Source of the DNA: a virus
Strand: one strand, 5' to 3'
IMG/VR virus record: IMGVR_UViG_3300032223_000428
Location: 12,580-76,579 of that record
Length of the DNA: 64,000 nt
Under the pieces are notes generated by a model, which searched no databases, was not told the DNA's origin, and saw only the letters and a program-made list of their open reading frames with translations. How positions within the stretch are numbered: the stretch's first letter is position 1; every line of letters begins with the position of its first letter. A program made the translations under genes and the position numbers. Below, one piece after another: positions 1-10,973 of this stretch.

Positions 1-916
1 CGAATGGATTGGATTCATCAAAGTTAATAATACCAATAGATTCTTTCTTAAATTTATTATTATCACCGAAATGTTCATATGTGTTATCTGTATTAACAAC
101 AATAGAACAAGTAGCAGCAGCATTTATTCCACCACCACCAGTAAAACTAATATGTGGAGCAGTCATATATCCAGCACCACCAGATGTTATATCAACACGA
201 ATAACTTTCTGAGATAAACTACCAGTACCAAGAACAGCAATACCACTTGCACCAGAACCACCATTAGTCGGAGTGAATACAACACTTGGTATAGATGTAT
301 ATCCGCTACCTTGATTTGTCATTGTCACTGCAACCACTGCACCTTGTCCACTTCTAGTTGTATCTGTATTGAATGTTTTGAGTGTTTCAAATGCATCAAT
401 TTCTGGGATACCAGTATCAATTTGCTCAGAAGCATACTGAAATAATTCAACTTGTAATTTGTAAACATATAGTTTACCCAATTGATAAAATGGATCTTGA
501 TGTTTAACAAACTTAATTTCGAACATATTGTTCGAAAGTGGAAACCATATTAAATCACCTTCACATGGACGATCTGGAATGATGGTTTTACCATATCTTC
601 CAATAAATTTTTCCCATCGTCTACGAGCAACTACCAATGTAGCCTGTTGTTCCATCATCAATCCAAATTTTTGAATAAATGCGCCATCACCACCATACGA
701 GTCTACGTTTTCAAAATACATCTCAATAGGATAAGATGACATAAATTTAGAAAGACGATCTTCACCAAGAATAGAATCTTTTGATACTAATGTTCGTGGA
801 ATATAATAAAACTCTTTTCCGTAAATGCGAAGAGACTCTATGATCAGATCTTGAACAAGATTCTGTTCACCTGCAGTTCCCTGCGTAAAATACGGATTAA
901 GTGTTGAGTTAACCAT
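1..916 (-). CDS. gp14: Neck protein gp14 (runs off the left edge, nearly complete; missing from ORF track)
   Basis: ATG at 916 reads MVNSTLNPYFTQGTAGEQNLVQDLIIESLRIYG...HQDPFYQLGKLYVYKLQVELFQY...FDESNPF, typical T4-like gp14; directly follows gp13. Confidence 0.9.
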   Translation of the reverse strand, partial: MVNSTLNPYFTQGTAGEQNLVQDLIIESLRIYGKEFYYIPRTLVSKDSILGEDRLSKFMSSYPIEMYFENVDSYGGDGAFIQKFGLMMEQQATLVVARRRWEKFIGRYGKTIIPDRPCEGDLIWFPLSNNMFEIKFVKHQDPFYQLGKLYVYKLQVELFQYASEQIDTGIPEIDAFETLKTFNTDTTRSGQGAVVAVTMTNQGSGYTSIPSVVFTPTNGGSGASGIAVLGTGSLSQKVIRVDITSGGAGYMTAPHISFTGGGGINAAATCSIVVNTDNTYEHFGDNNKFKKESIGIINFDESNPF

Positions 917-917
917 A

Positions 918-1880
918 TTAGCCCATTATGAAATTTAATGGTGCTGACTTATTCAGCAAGTCTTGTTCTAGTGAAGTAATCTCATTAGTGGCTTCCAGAT
1001 AAAGAGAATCGCCATCTAATGTAACGCCACCAACCATTTGAATTCCTTTGAATTTCTTAAGGTTTGTTGCCCATTGTTTCTTAAACAATGCAGTTGTATA
1101 TCTACGCAACCACAATTCGTTCCAAACTTTTGTGAATGCAGATGGATCTAAAACACGATATGCTTTAACGATCACATAATCACCTAAGTTAATATTCTGT
1201 TTCCAGTTAATGTCTAAGTATAAACAACTTGACATTCTGTTGAATCTAAATGTATCTTTACCATTCAGAGTCCAATCCAACAAATCTAGGTGTTGCATTA
1301 CCTGAGTGAAGTAGATAATGGATGTAGAAGTTAGATCATACAAATCATTAAGACGTAGTTGATACTGCAGATCGAACATACTCTTAGAAGATGATGACTG
1401 TCCAATACTTAATACGTCTGTTACACCAAATACATAATCTGGTATTGTTAGATATTTGTTATCATATTCACGTAAAGTAATTGGGGTTGTGCCAAGAATT
1501 GCAGTATGACCAAGAGAACCAGTAATAGTTTCTCCTGCAATGAATGTCCCAGAAACGTCCATTACTAACAAAAGAGTTCCAGATGAAACTCTGCCTGTTT
1601 CTTTACAAACAGTGGCTTTGGCACCAGATGTTCCACCTGTGATAACTTCTGTTAAAGTGAAATTAGAGGCAACAGATGTAGTGAGATTTATTTCAGAGGC
1701 ACGAATCTGCTGCTTCAGAAACATTTCTTCAATACCATCATAATGATATAGACGCCAATAATCCAAGGCTTCGTCAATACGATCCTCCAACTGCATATCG
1801 TCCACGTTAATTTCAATAACAGGATCGCCCAGTTCTCTTAAGCAATATTCTTTTAATGTTTCTCTAGAGTTTACAGCCAT
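918..1880 (-). CDS. gp13: Neck protein gp13
   Basis: SRETLKEYCLRELGDPVIEINVDD...KKQWATNLKKF..GGVTLDG, characteristic gp13 termini. Confidence 0.93.
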   Translation of the reverse strand: MAVNSRETLKEYCLRELGDPVIEINVDDMQLEDRIDEALDYWRLYHYDGIEEMFLKQQIRASEINLTTSVASNFTLTEVITGGTSGAKATVCKETGRVSSGTLLLVMDVSGTFIAGETITGSLGHTAILGTTPITLREYDNKYLTIPDYVFGVTDVLSIGQSSSSKSMFDLQYQLRLNDLYDLTSTSIIYFTQVMQHLDLLDWTLNGKDTFRFNRMSSCLYLDINWKQNINLGDYVIVKAYRVLDPSAFTKVWNELWLRRYTTALFKKQWATNLKKFKGIQMVGGVTLDGDSLYLEATNEITSLEQDLLNKSAPLNFIMG

Positions 1881-1924
1881 TTTGGTCTCTTTTTGGTTAT
1901 ACTTCTATTTATTAGACTACATAT

Positions 1925-4900
1925 TTATATGTAGATCTCGTCGTCTATTGCAGAGTCGATAAGAGCAATATTACCATAAATTACATCAATATTATCAATG
2001 TATATTTGATCGACTGTTACATCTATATCAGCCATAATCTTAGATGCGTCTAGGTAGAATACATCTATATCATCAAAATATATTTCATCAGAATAACTGT
2101 CAATTAACATAGAAGGTCTAGATGAAACCAACTCATAATCCATTGGATAGAATATCCAAACAACAGTTGATTCACCAGCTACTGTAATTTCAGTAACATA
2201 AGAAGTCAATATTAATTGAGCAAGTTCTGTTTCATTTGCATTAATTTGTTCTAATATTCCAGCAGTTGCTAGTTGAGTTGCAAATTGAGCAGCAGTTAGA
2301 GAACCTGTTTCTGTTATAAACGCTGGCAATGCAGTAACAGCACTAACAACTGCATTCAACAATTCATTGATATTAACAGCATAGAATGGTAACCCAGTTG
2401 AAGAATCAACTGCAGACAGTATTTCTGCTGCGCTTCTATTTGAAACATTGTTACCAAAATCAGTTTCAATTGCATTTAGTGCTTCTTGAATCGAAGAAAT
2501 AAATGCTGTTTGAACTGTAGATAAATCTTGTCCAAGTAATGTCTCGACAATATTTCCAAGATCAACAGCAGAGGCTGAATCAGTGTCAGAAACATTACCA
2601 GTTTCTGTAATAGCTGGATAGAAATTAGCTTGAGATGTTTCTGAATCAGATGCATTTCCAGTTTCAGTTAATGCTTGGTTTGTAGTTATAATATTTGTTT
2701 CAGTTTCTGATGCAGAACCAGTTTCTGTATTAGAAGATACAAACGCAGCACTACTTGACTCACTCTCTGCAGCTGATCCAGTTTCTGTTCTTGTTTGAGT
2801 AGTTGTACTTGAACCTGAATTAGATTCATTACCTGTTCCAGTTTCAGTAATGACTGGATAGAAATTAGCTTGAGATGTTTCTGAATCAGATGCATTTCCA
2901 GTTTCAGTTAACACCTGATTAGTAGTAATTATGCTAGACTGAACAACTGTCTCGTTTGGATCTACGAACGCAGTTACAGAAGAACCTAGTTCTACCTGTG
3001 GTCTCCACAGATAAACAGTTTGACCAGTAAATGCAGTTCCACTATATGATCCAACCCAGAATTTAGGTCTAAATGTGGCACCAGCAATAAGTGTATATGT
3101 CATAGTGGCGAGATACCAGCTATTACCAACAGAGGTTAGAGTTGCAGTTGCGTTAGATGCCCCTTGCAGAACTGGTGTTCCAGACATAGTGAATGTAGCA
3201 GAATGCGCTACAGGATCTACACCAGTAGTTGATTCATTTACTATTGTGAAATATGTTGATGTACCATACTTAACATATACGGATACTGTGTATGTTCCAG
3301 GTAAAATTCCAGGAGTTATATTGTATATGGAAGAAAACGCAAGGTTGGCAGTTAACAAGAATGCAGTTGTGTCACCATTTGGATCTGTTTGTCCAGATGT
3401 TATTGTTGAAGACCCAGCCTTAATCCAGATTGAATTTGATAGATCGCTTGGAACATAAAATAAGTTTTTATTAGTGTTTTCTAATAAAGAAGAAACAAAT
3501 CCAATCTGAGTAGACTCTGTTTCAGATGCGGATCCAGTTTCTGATGAATTAGATGAAGTAGTCCAATTACCGACTGGAGAATCTGCACTAGTGCCAGTTT
3601 CTGTAATTGCTGGATAGAAATTCGCTTGAGATATTTCAGAGTCAGATGCGCTAGCAGTTTCAGTTAACGACTGAGTAGTTGTGATAACATTAGTCTGAGT
3701 AACTGTCTCGTTTGGATCTACGAACGCAGTTACAGAAGAACCTAGTTCTAACTGAGAACCCCAAACATAAATTCCAGATGTTCCATCACCAGTTGCAGTT
3801 CCAACACCATTTGCATCACCAAGAGATATCTGTAAGTTGGCTGGTATCATGCCAGCAACACCAAACTGCCATGGCAATTTCGTTGTACCAGTAACAGAAC
3901 ATCTATACCATCCATTACCAACAGAAGTTACAGTTGTTACTGTTGGAGTGGTACCAGAAGTTGAACCATCAGTTAAGTTTATTAAAGCACCAGCACCTTG
4001 ATATCCATTTGGTCCAATATTTGCAAATGGTATATCAAACCAAATAGTAGCATTGGTAAATCCAGCTTGTTTTAGATAAACGCTATACGTGTAAGTTGTG
4101 TTTTGAGTTAAATATGCACCACCATAGTAAACTGATTTTCTTATTGTAACCCCACTATTGCCAATAATTTTATCTGCAGTTTGTGTTCCATCAGGTGCGA
4201 CCGCAACATTTGTAGATAATGTAGAGTTATATGTAGTCCAAGGTGATGCTGATATATCGTTTGGATATTTTATTATGTTTGTACTAGTATATTCCCACAA
4301 CTGATTTAGAGCAGATAAAGATGTTGTCTCAGAATCAGATGCAGTTCCAGTTTCATTAGTAGACTGATTAGTAGAATTTGAACCTGAATTAGATTCATTA
4401 CCTGTTCCAGTTTCTGTAATAACTGGATAGAAATTCGCTTGAGATGTTTCAGTTTCAGTAGCTGTTCCAGTTTCTGTATTATATTGAACTTGGAATACTG
4501 TTTGAGTTTCAGTTTCAGATGCATTTCCAGTTTCATTAGTAGATTGATTGGTTGTAATTATACCAACATCAGAATCTAATGTATTATTTGCTTGATATGC
4601 AGTTAATGAACCAATTTCAAATTGTGGTCCATATATGAATAAACCAGAAGTACCATCACCAGTATATGTAAAGTTGCCAAGATTGTCTATTAATCTAAAT
4701 GTGTGGGTAACTCCAGAAAGATTAGTTGTTGCTGTGAAAGTAAAGGATGCTCTATACCAACCATTACCTTCATTGGTTAATGTGCTACTAGTAATAGTAC
4801 CAGTTCCTGTGAAATAATTTATTTTAGTTCCTGCAATTAGGTCTAATTGCAAACCTGCTCTATTTGCACTGTTTCCTTCTTCATGAAAGAAAACAAATTT

Positions 4901-7900
4901 ACTTCTAGTGTCAGCTTTAACATAAACAGATAATGTATAAACTGTTCCAGCAATATGAGGTGTAGTATATACCTCTCTGTGAATAGTGTTTAATGTATCT
5001 TCAGCTAATCTGTATGCACCATTACCACCAAATGGATCTGTTGTAAGAGCAGTAGATGTAAGAGTTCCATTATTTACTGACCAACCAGAACCGAATATAT
5101 CAGAATTGGCATATATGTTTTTACGAGTAGTTTCTAGATTAGATGAATACTGAACTGATTTGTTAGACTCTGTTTCTGTAGCAGTACCAGTTTCAGTAAT
5201 AGCTGGATAGAAATCAGCCTGAGATGTTTCATTTTCAGTAGCTGTTCCAGTTTCTGTTAACACCTGAGTAGTAGATATTATATTTGAACCAGAATCAGTT
5301 GCACTAATACCAGTATTTTCAGTAACAGACTGACTAGTAGTAATTATATTTGATTCTTGTTCATTAGCTGAACCAGTTTCAGTAACGTCTCTAGTAGCAG
5401 TTAATGTTCTATCTTCTGTCTCATTAGCTGAACCAGTTTCAGTAACGTCTCTAGTAGCAGTTAATGTTCTATCTTCTGTCTCATTAGCTGAACCAGTTTC
5501 AGTAACATCTCTTGTTGCAGTTAATGTTCGATCTTCTGTCTCTGCTGCAGTTCCAGTTTCAGTAACGTCTCTAGTAGCAGTTAATGTTCTATCTTCTGCC
5601 TCAATAGCTGAACCAGTCTCAGTAATAGTATTAACTGCGCCTGAAGTAGATTGTGTTCCAGATTCTGTGGCACTAATACCAGTGTTCTCTGTAATAACTG
5701 GATAGAAATTCGCTTGAGATGTTTCAGTTTCAGTAGCTGTTCCAGTTTCTGTTCTATCAGAAACGAACGCTACTGTAGTAGTTTTTGTATCAGTGGCTGT
5801 AATACCTACGTTCTCATATACAGTTTCACCTGCGCCTGGAATATTACCAATTCCAGAATCAGTGGCAGTTGTGTTACTATTCTCAGTAATATTTTTATTA
5901 ATTAATAATCCACTAATAGGTGTTTCACTGGTATTAGTTGAATATTCAATTGATAGTGGTGGAACAGGATTAATATATGGATTAGTAGTAGTATCCCATG
6001 TAAAGCCAGAAGTCAATCCTGTAGTTGTACCTACAGTACCAGTACCATAATAATATGTTTTACCAACTCTGTAGCCAAACCATGCAGCAGGATCTGTTCC
6101 ATTTGAATTTTGGGTTTGAATAGACCAAGTTTTGGTGCTAGTATAATTCCAATCAGAACCTGTGGAGAATATTACTGCATATGATATTCCAGCAACTAAA
6201 ACTGCACCTGATATGTTAGAAAAATCCCAAAGTGGTGCTGGACCAGTAGATGGGAAATCTGTTGCTGCAACTGGTATTGATGCAACCAATATTGTGGCAG
6301 CAGTACCAGGAGCACCAGCAAGTTGCCATAACTCTAATGCACCATTACTAACTGATGGGTTTGCATTACCATTAGAATAATTACCACTACCACCAGTACT
6401 ACTTCTAACCCAACTAACTTTACCTAATTGCCCAGTAGTAGTTGCAGTAAAACCCCAACCAGTTCTAGAATTTGCATTCATTGAATTAGCATCACCAGAT
6501 ATTGTACTAAACTGATAGTCGTTAAATAATGGTGCAATTCCAGAAGAAGTTTCTACAATAGCACCTGGAATTCTTTTTAAAGAAGCTGATGTATCGAGAG
6601 AATAACCAACTTCTGTTGCGGCACTTGCAGCAGAAATGGTAAATGTATTGGTGTCGCTTGGTACATACCCAGTTATCGTCCATGGATAGAGATAGTCATT
6701 TTGTAAAGTAGTATTTACATACCAAGTATTTGAGGCTGCAGGATAACTACTGCTAAAAGATTTAGTTTTTCCTTCATAATCAGTTGTGAAATTAGAGATG
6801 CCAATATATCTTCCACGTGGACCACATACCGTACTAGGACCACCAGTAGTATTCCAATCTGATCCATTTAAAAATACTAAACCATATGCAACTCCAGATG
6901 TTACTGATACGCCTAACGATGACACATCAACGACTACTCTTTGATCACCACCACTAATATAAGAAGATCTTATGTCGGAAACATAAACTGGATAAGATAA
7001 AAGTAAAGATGATGGAATTGCTGATATAGAATTACTTGCAAGTTGCCACAGTTGGAAATATCCAGGATTTGTTGAATCTGAAGAACCAGAAGCAAACATT
7101 GTTAGAGATATTGTTTTGACGAGTCCTGTATAATTTGATATGAATGTTTGTCCAGCAGCATATTCTAATCCAGCACGAGGAGTGCCTGTATATGATAGCT
7201 CAGGCGACATATCAAATATTGGTTCTTCTACCCTTTCTCCTATACTTGAATTCTGACCACGAATAGTATTTAATGTGTCACTAGCAGCAGCCTGCTCACC
7301 AACAAATGGTGTTGTTACCTGAGAACTATCTGTAACATCAGCTGTGTTATATGTGCTATACACAGCCATGTTAAATTGGTAAGGTTCACTAACCAAAGCA
7401 ATAGCCCAAATTCCAGTATTTGCACTTCTTGTTATTGGAGTTGAATTGTAAGGGATATATAAATTATCACTATTAGCATACACAGCAAGATACTGTGTAT
7501 TAGTTAAATCCCAATCTGATCCAGCAGTAATTGCAAGCGCATATCCAACACCTGATGTTAGTGTAATGTTTAAAGAACTAAAATCAATTCTAACTGGTCC
7601 ACCAGAAGTAGTAGCAATTGATGGCATTACAGCAATTTGCCCAAGTAAAGTATTTGGTAGTGCTGATATAGAATTACTTGCAAGTTGCCATAATTGAGCA
7701 TAACCAGTTTGTACTGGTGCTGGTCTTACCCCACCATAGGTATTAATTAAATCAAATTCAAGGTAACTTACTGGTCCAGTAAATCCAGCAATAAATGTTC
7801 TACCGCAAGAAAGATTTCCACCAGTAGTACCCCAAACAGAGTACCCACCATTTCCATGAGGAGTACTAAACGTGCTTAAGAATGGAGCCTGTGATGATGT

Positions 7901-10900
7901 ATGAACCTGTCCAGTATATGCTGTAACTGTGCTCTTTTGTGTTATTGAATCAGTAGCAAACAGTGGCTCATTATAACCTTGTGTTTGAGAAAGATATAAT
8001 GCATCTGTTGAATCTGCTGCTATGTTTGCATATCCAACACCTAATAATGCCAAAGTACCTAGAGCACTTCCTTGAGGATTGCCAATTATACTAGAGTAAT
8101 ATGCGAAATTACCAGAATTGTATACATTAATTAAATTAATGCCATTTAAATATGCTGTTGGGTAAACCCAATCAGTTCCTTTGTAAAATCTTATTGCATA
8201 TCCAACACCTGCAGTAACTGTCGCCCCAGAAACATTACTAAATCCTTCAATCAGAGTACTCTGAACTGCATCACTGCTTGTAATATAAAGAGGTTTAGAA
8301 GCCAACAGTGTTGTTGGTGTGGCAGTTACACTATTAGAAGCTAACTGCCATAATTGAATTGATCCTGCTGTTGTTCCATTACCAACAGCACCAGCACTAG
8401 GAATAATAATTGAACCAAGTTGTCCAGTTTTTGGAGCAATGAATGAAATACCCCATCCATCAGTTAGGTTTCCAGGAAATACATAACTAGAATAATTACC
8501 AGCACCAGTTCCAAGGTCATACGCATTAACTGCAAAATTTTCTGCTGCTAATCCAAATTTTGGAATAGCTCTAACAGAAGAATCTAATGCAGATCCTGCT
8601 TCTGCATCTGCTGCGTAATATGTGCTAGCTGCAACTACATCAATATCAGTTGCATAGGATTCTTCTGTAGAATTTACAGTGAACCTAAAAATATTATTTG
8701 TATCTGTTGATGGAGCAAACCATGTACTTCCATTATTTGCTATTGGAGTATATACAGATCTTAAATACCAATATATTGGTAAACCATAGAAGGATCCACC
8801 TGTTAATATGTTATGATAACCAACAGCATCATGTCTATAAAGACCTAAGTAAGAAGATGCAGAAGAAGACCAATCTGAACCAGCAGTAACTGTAACTGCA
8901 TATGCAACACCAGAAGTTAGTGATAGATTAGCAGAAGAAAAATCAATATTTACTGGTACATATGCATAAGGATAACCAGTTGTTTTAGAAACAAGTCTAA
9001 AACCCACATTAGTATAAGAAGTTGTTGGCCATGCACCAACTAATGCCTCCTCAGAATACACACCCCATAAAGTAGGAAGAAGCGGAAATGAACCATCGGG
9101 GAGGGTAATGCCATATCCACTAAAACTTCCACGTAAATTTGCTCCAACCTGTATATCAATTTGAGATGTATTGTTTTCATAGAACACTGCTTCCCAAAGC
9201 AGTGTTGGAGAACCAAGTGTGCCAACAGTATTAGCAGTTCCTTCAAATACAATACGATATGTTCTATTTGGAGCAGTACCCTCTGTTCCATAATATATAC
9301 GTTGTGCAGAATTATCTGTAGAAGATATGCAAATTTTTGGAACTGCTGGGTTTGCTGCATCTACCGCAACATATTGAGTGGCACCAGCACCAAAAGTTAA
9401 ATAACTATTAGTCCCAACAAAAACTGTGCTATAAGAATTACCAAGATAATTTACACTCCATGGTAAAGAAAGTGTCCAGTATCCATCATCATTATTACCA
9501 GCAGTTGGAGTTGTGCTAGAAGTTAAAGAAGCTGCGCCAAGTAAACTATTCGTGATAGATGACATCGATTGTATTGGCGATGGCAAATCATTTAAAGAAA
9601 AGTTTCTAGATGCTAATAATGTAGATGGATTACCAGTAAGAGTATTGTTATTTAACTGCCACAGTTCAACTTTACCTGTAGAAATAGGTGGGGTGCTAGA
9701 AGATATACTATTGTTAATTCTGTATGCATTAATTTGAATATTTGAAAGAGTCTTAGTTTTATTTGCAATAAACTTTAAACCCTTACCATATCCACCACTG
9801 GTAATTGGTTCACCAATAGCTGCTTTTGGATATGTTCCAGTTGATATAGATGTAACAATAGTATCCAAGAATGGAGAAGTATTGTTTATGTATGCACCAG
9901 CAGTATTTGTTTGAGATAATGATTCAGATGCTGTTACAGTTTCAGTTATAGGAATAGCATTGATAGCATTTTCTACATCAACAGCAGTAGATGCATATTC
10001 AATAGTCATAATAGGGCTATTTTGGTATGTGGACCACAAAGTTCCACTAGCAATAGTTCCGCTTGCGCCTATTGGCGTTGAACTAGTAGCATAATAAATA
10101 TAATAATTAGAAGAATATTTTGCAAACTCTTGATACCACTGGTCAGAGCTGGTTGTTGGATTACTAACAAATAATAATCCACCACTAGTCGCATAGTTTC
10201 CAGTATTTACCCAATCACTGCCACCAGCAAGTAATATTGCATATGATGTTCCATTAGTAAGAGATGCACCAGAAACTGTGGAAAAATCAAATAATGGCGA
10301 ATAACTTCCATTTACATAACCACCATTTATGTAAAATGGTATTGATGCAAGTAATGTTGAAGTAGCTGTAGCTGTACCAGGGGCAGCGGCAAGTTGCCAT
10401 AATTCTACTGCACCTGCTGTTGTAGTTGAAGAAGTTAAACCACCATTTGGGAATGCCTGTGCAAGTGCTACTTTCCCTAATTGTGCAGTTCTAGAAGCAG
10501 TGAATGCAATACCATATTTTTGATTGGCATACAGAATTTGAGCATTACCTCCGCCAAAAACGCTTCTTACAAAATCCCATGAATCAAATAACGCATTACC
10601 ATCATCACCATTGATTACACTTTTTTGATATCCTAAAAACGATTTATAAGTTGTTGAAACATCACTAGCATACAAACCTTCTAAAACAAATGCTGGCACA
10701 AATAAATCTTGTGAAGTAGTTACTGTTCCAGATTCGTTTATTGTTTGATTAGATGATAATCCAGAAAGAGAAGAATCAGAACTAGAACCTGATTCTGTTA
10801 TTGTGTATGCTTGATAAATTACGCTTGCGGCTGCGCTGGCTGCTGCTGAGGCAGACTCTTTGATTACACTACCACGTGATAATGGTAATGCACTTAATGG

Positions 10901-10930
10901 TGCTGACGATAAGGGAGAAAAACCTAACAT
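1925..10930 (-). CDS. Giant (3001 aa) repetitive fibre/adhesin-like virion protein
   Basis: T/S/E-rich 20-aa ITETG shaft repeats, six LWQL-containing beta modules, three GWYR..GxQxExGS carbohydrate-binding-like domains; within the structural region. Confidence 0.75.
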   Translation of the reverse strand: MLGFSPLSSAPLSALPLSRGSVIKESASAAASAAASVIYQAYTITESGSSSDSSLSGLSSNQTINESGTVTTSQDLFVPAFVLEGLYASDVSTTYKSFLGYQKSVINGDDGNALFDSWDFVRSVFGGGNAQILYANQKYGIAFTASRTAQLGKVALAQAFPNGGLTSSTTTAGAVELWQLAAAPGTATATSTLLASIPFYINGGYVNGSYSPLFDFSTVSGASLTNGTSYAILLAGGSDWVNTGNYATSGGLLFVSNPTTSSDQWYQEFAKYSSNYYIYYATSSTPIGASGTIASGTLWSTYQNSPIMTIEYASTAVDVENAINAIPITETVTASESLSQTNTAGAYINNTSPFLDTIVTSISTGTYPKAAIGEPITSGGYGKGLKFIANKTKTLSNIQINAYRINNSISSSTPPISTGKVELWQLNNNTLTGNPSTLLASRNFSLNDLPSPIQSMSSITNSLLGAASLTSSTTPTAGNNDDGYWTLSLPWSVNYLGNSYSTVFVGTNSYLTFGAGATQYVAVDAANPAVPKICISSTDNSAQRIYYGTEGTAPNRTYRIVFEGTANTVGTLGSPTLLWEAVFYENNTSQIDIQVGANLRGSFSGYGITLPDGSFPLLPTLWGVYSEEALVGAWPTTSYTNVGFRLVSKTTGYPYAYVPVNIDFSSANLSLTSGVAYAVTVTAGSDWSSSASSYLGLYRHDAVGYHNILTGGSFYGLPIYWYLRSVYTPIANNGSTWFAPSTDTNNIFRFTVNSTEESYATDIDVVAASTYYAADAEAGSALDSSVRAIPKFGLAAENFAVNAYDLGTGAGNYSSYVFPGNLTDGWGISFIAPKTGQLGSIIIPSAGAVGNGTTAGSIQLWQLASNSVTATPTTLLASKPLYITSSDAVQSTLIEGFSNVSGATVTAGVGYAIRFYKGTDWVYPTAYLNGINLINVYNSGNFAYYSSIIGNPQGSALGTLALLGVGYANIAADSTDALYLSQTQGYNEPLFATDSITQKSTVTAYTGQVHTSSQAPFLSTFSTPHGNGGYSVWGTTGGNLSCGRTFIAGFTGPVSYLEFDLINTYGGVRPAPVQTGYAQLWQLASNSISALPNTLLGQIAVMPSIATTSGGPVRIDFSSLNITLTSGVGYALAITAGSDWDLTNTQYLAVYANSDNLYIPYNSTPITRSANTGIWAIALVSEPYQFNMAVYSTYNTADVTDSSQVTTPFVGEQAAASDTLNTIRGQNSSIGERVEEPIFDMSPELSYTGTPRAGLEYAAGQTFISNYTGLVKTISLTMFASGSSDSTNPGYFQLWQLASNSISAIPSSLLLSYPVYVSDIRSSYISGGDQRVVVDVSSLGVSVTSGVAYGLVFLNGSDWNTTGGPSTVCGPRGRYIGISNFTTDYEGKTKSFSSSYPAASNTWYVNTTLQNDYLYPWTITGYVPSDTNTFTISAASAATEVGYSLDTSASLKRIPGAIVETSSGIAPLFNDYQFSTISGDANSMNANSRTGWGFTATTTGQLGKVSWVRSSTGGSGNYSNGNANPSVSNGALELWQLAGAPGTAATILVASIPVAATDFPSTGPAPLWDFSNISGAVLVAGISYAVIFSTGSDWNYTSTKTWSIQTQNSNGTDPAAWFGYRVGKTYYYGTGTVGTTTGLTSGFTWDTTTNPYINPVPPLSIEYSTNTSETPISGLLINKNITENSNTTATDSGIGNIPGAGETVYENVGITATDTKTTTVAFVSDRTETGTATETETSQANFYPVITENTGISATESGTQSTSGAVNTITETGSAIEAEDRTLTATRDVTETGTAAETEDRTLTATRDVTETGSANETEDRTLTATRDVTETGSANETEDRTLTATRDVTETGSANEQESNIITTSQSVTENTGISATDSGSNIISTTQVLTETGTATENETSQADFYPAITETGTATETESNKSVQYSSNLETTRKNIYANSDIFGSGWSVNNGTLTSTALTTDPFGGNGAYRLAEDTLNTIHREVYTTPHIAGTVYTLSVYVKADTRSKFVFFHEEGNSANRAGLQLDLIAGTKINYFTGTGTITSSTLTNEGNGWYRASFTFTATTNLSGVTHTFRLIDNLGNFTYTGDGTSGLFIYGPQFEIGSLTAYQANNTLDSDVGIITTNQSTNETGNASETETQTVFQVQYNTETGTATETETSQANFYPVITETGTGNESNSGSNSTNQSTNETGTASDSETTSLSALNQLWEYTSTNIIKYPNDISASPWTTYNSTLSTNVAVAPDGTQTADKIIGNSGVTIRKSVYYGGAYLTQNTTYTYSVYLKQAGFTNATIWFDIPFANIGPNGYQGAGALINLTDGSTSGTTPTVTTVTSVGNGWYRCSVTGTTKLPWQFGVAGMIPANLQISLGDANGVGTATGDGTSGIYVWGSQLELGSSVTAFVDPNETVTQTNVITTTQSLTETASASDSEISQANFYPAITETGTSADSPVGNWTTSSNSSETGSASETESTQIGFVSSLLENTNKNLFYVPSDLSNSIWIKAGSSTITSGQTDPNGDTTAFLLTANLAFSSIYNITPGILPGTYTVSVYVKYGTSTYFTIVNESTTGVDPVAHSATFTMSGTPVLQGASNATATLTSVGNSWYLATMTYTLIAGATFRPKFWVGSYSGTAFTGQTVYLWRPQVELGSSVTAFVDPNETVVQSSIITTNQVLTETGNASDSETSQANFYPVITETGTGNESNSGSSTTTQTRTETGSAAESESSSAAFVSSNTETGSASETETNIITTNQALTETGNASDSETSQANFYPAITETGNVSDTDSASAVDLGNIVETLLGQDLSTVQTAFISSIQEALNAIETDFGNNVSNRSAAEILSAVDSSTGLPFYAVNINELLNAVVSAVTALPAFITETGSLTAAQFATQLATAGILEQINANETELAQLILTSYVTEITVAGESTVVWIFYPMDYELVSSRPSMLIDSYSDEIYFDDIDVFYLDASKIMADIDVTVDQIYIDNIDVIYGNIALIDSAIDDEIYI
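5361..5625. repeat. 60-bp coding tandem repeat (~4.4 copies; VTETGSANETEDRTLTATRD)
   Basis: Consecutive 60-nt lines 5341-5640 are nearly identical. Confidence 0.95.
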
Positions 10931-10973
10931 TTATTATTTTCGTTTTCTATTAGTATTTTCTACTAATATTAGT

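Noticed and set aside
325-510. 61-aa minus-strand ORF
   Set aside because: Alternative frame inside gp14
5361-5625. Regular direct repeats resembling a CRISPR array
   Set aside because: Contiguous 60-bp in-frame coding repeats with no unique spacers; no cas operon
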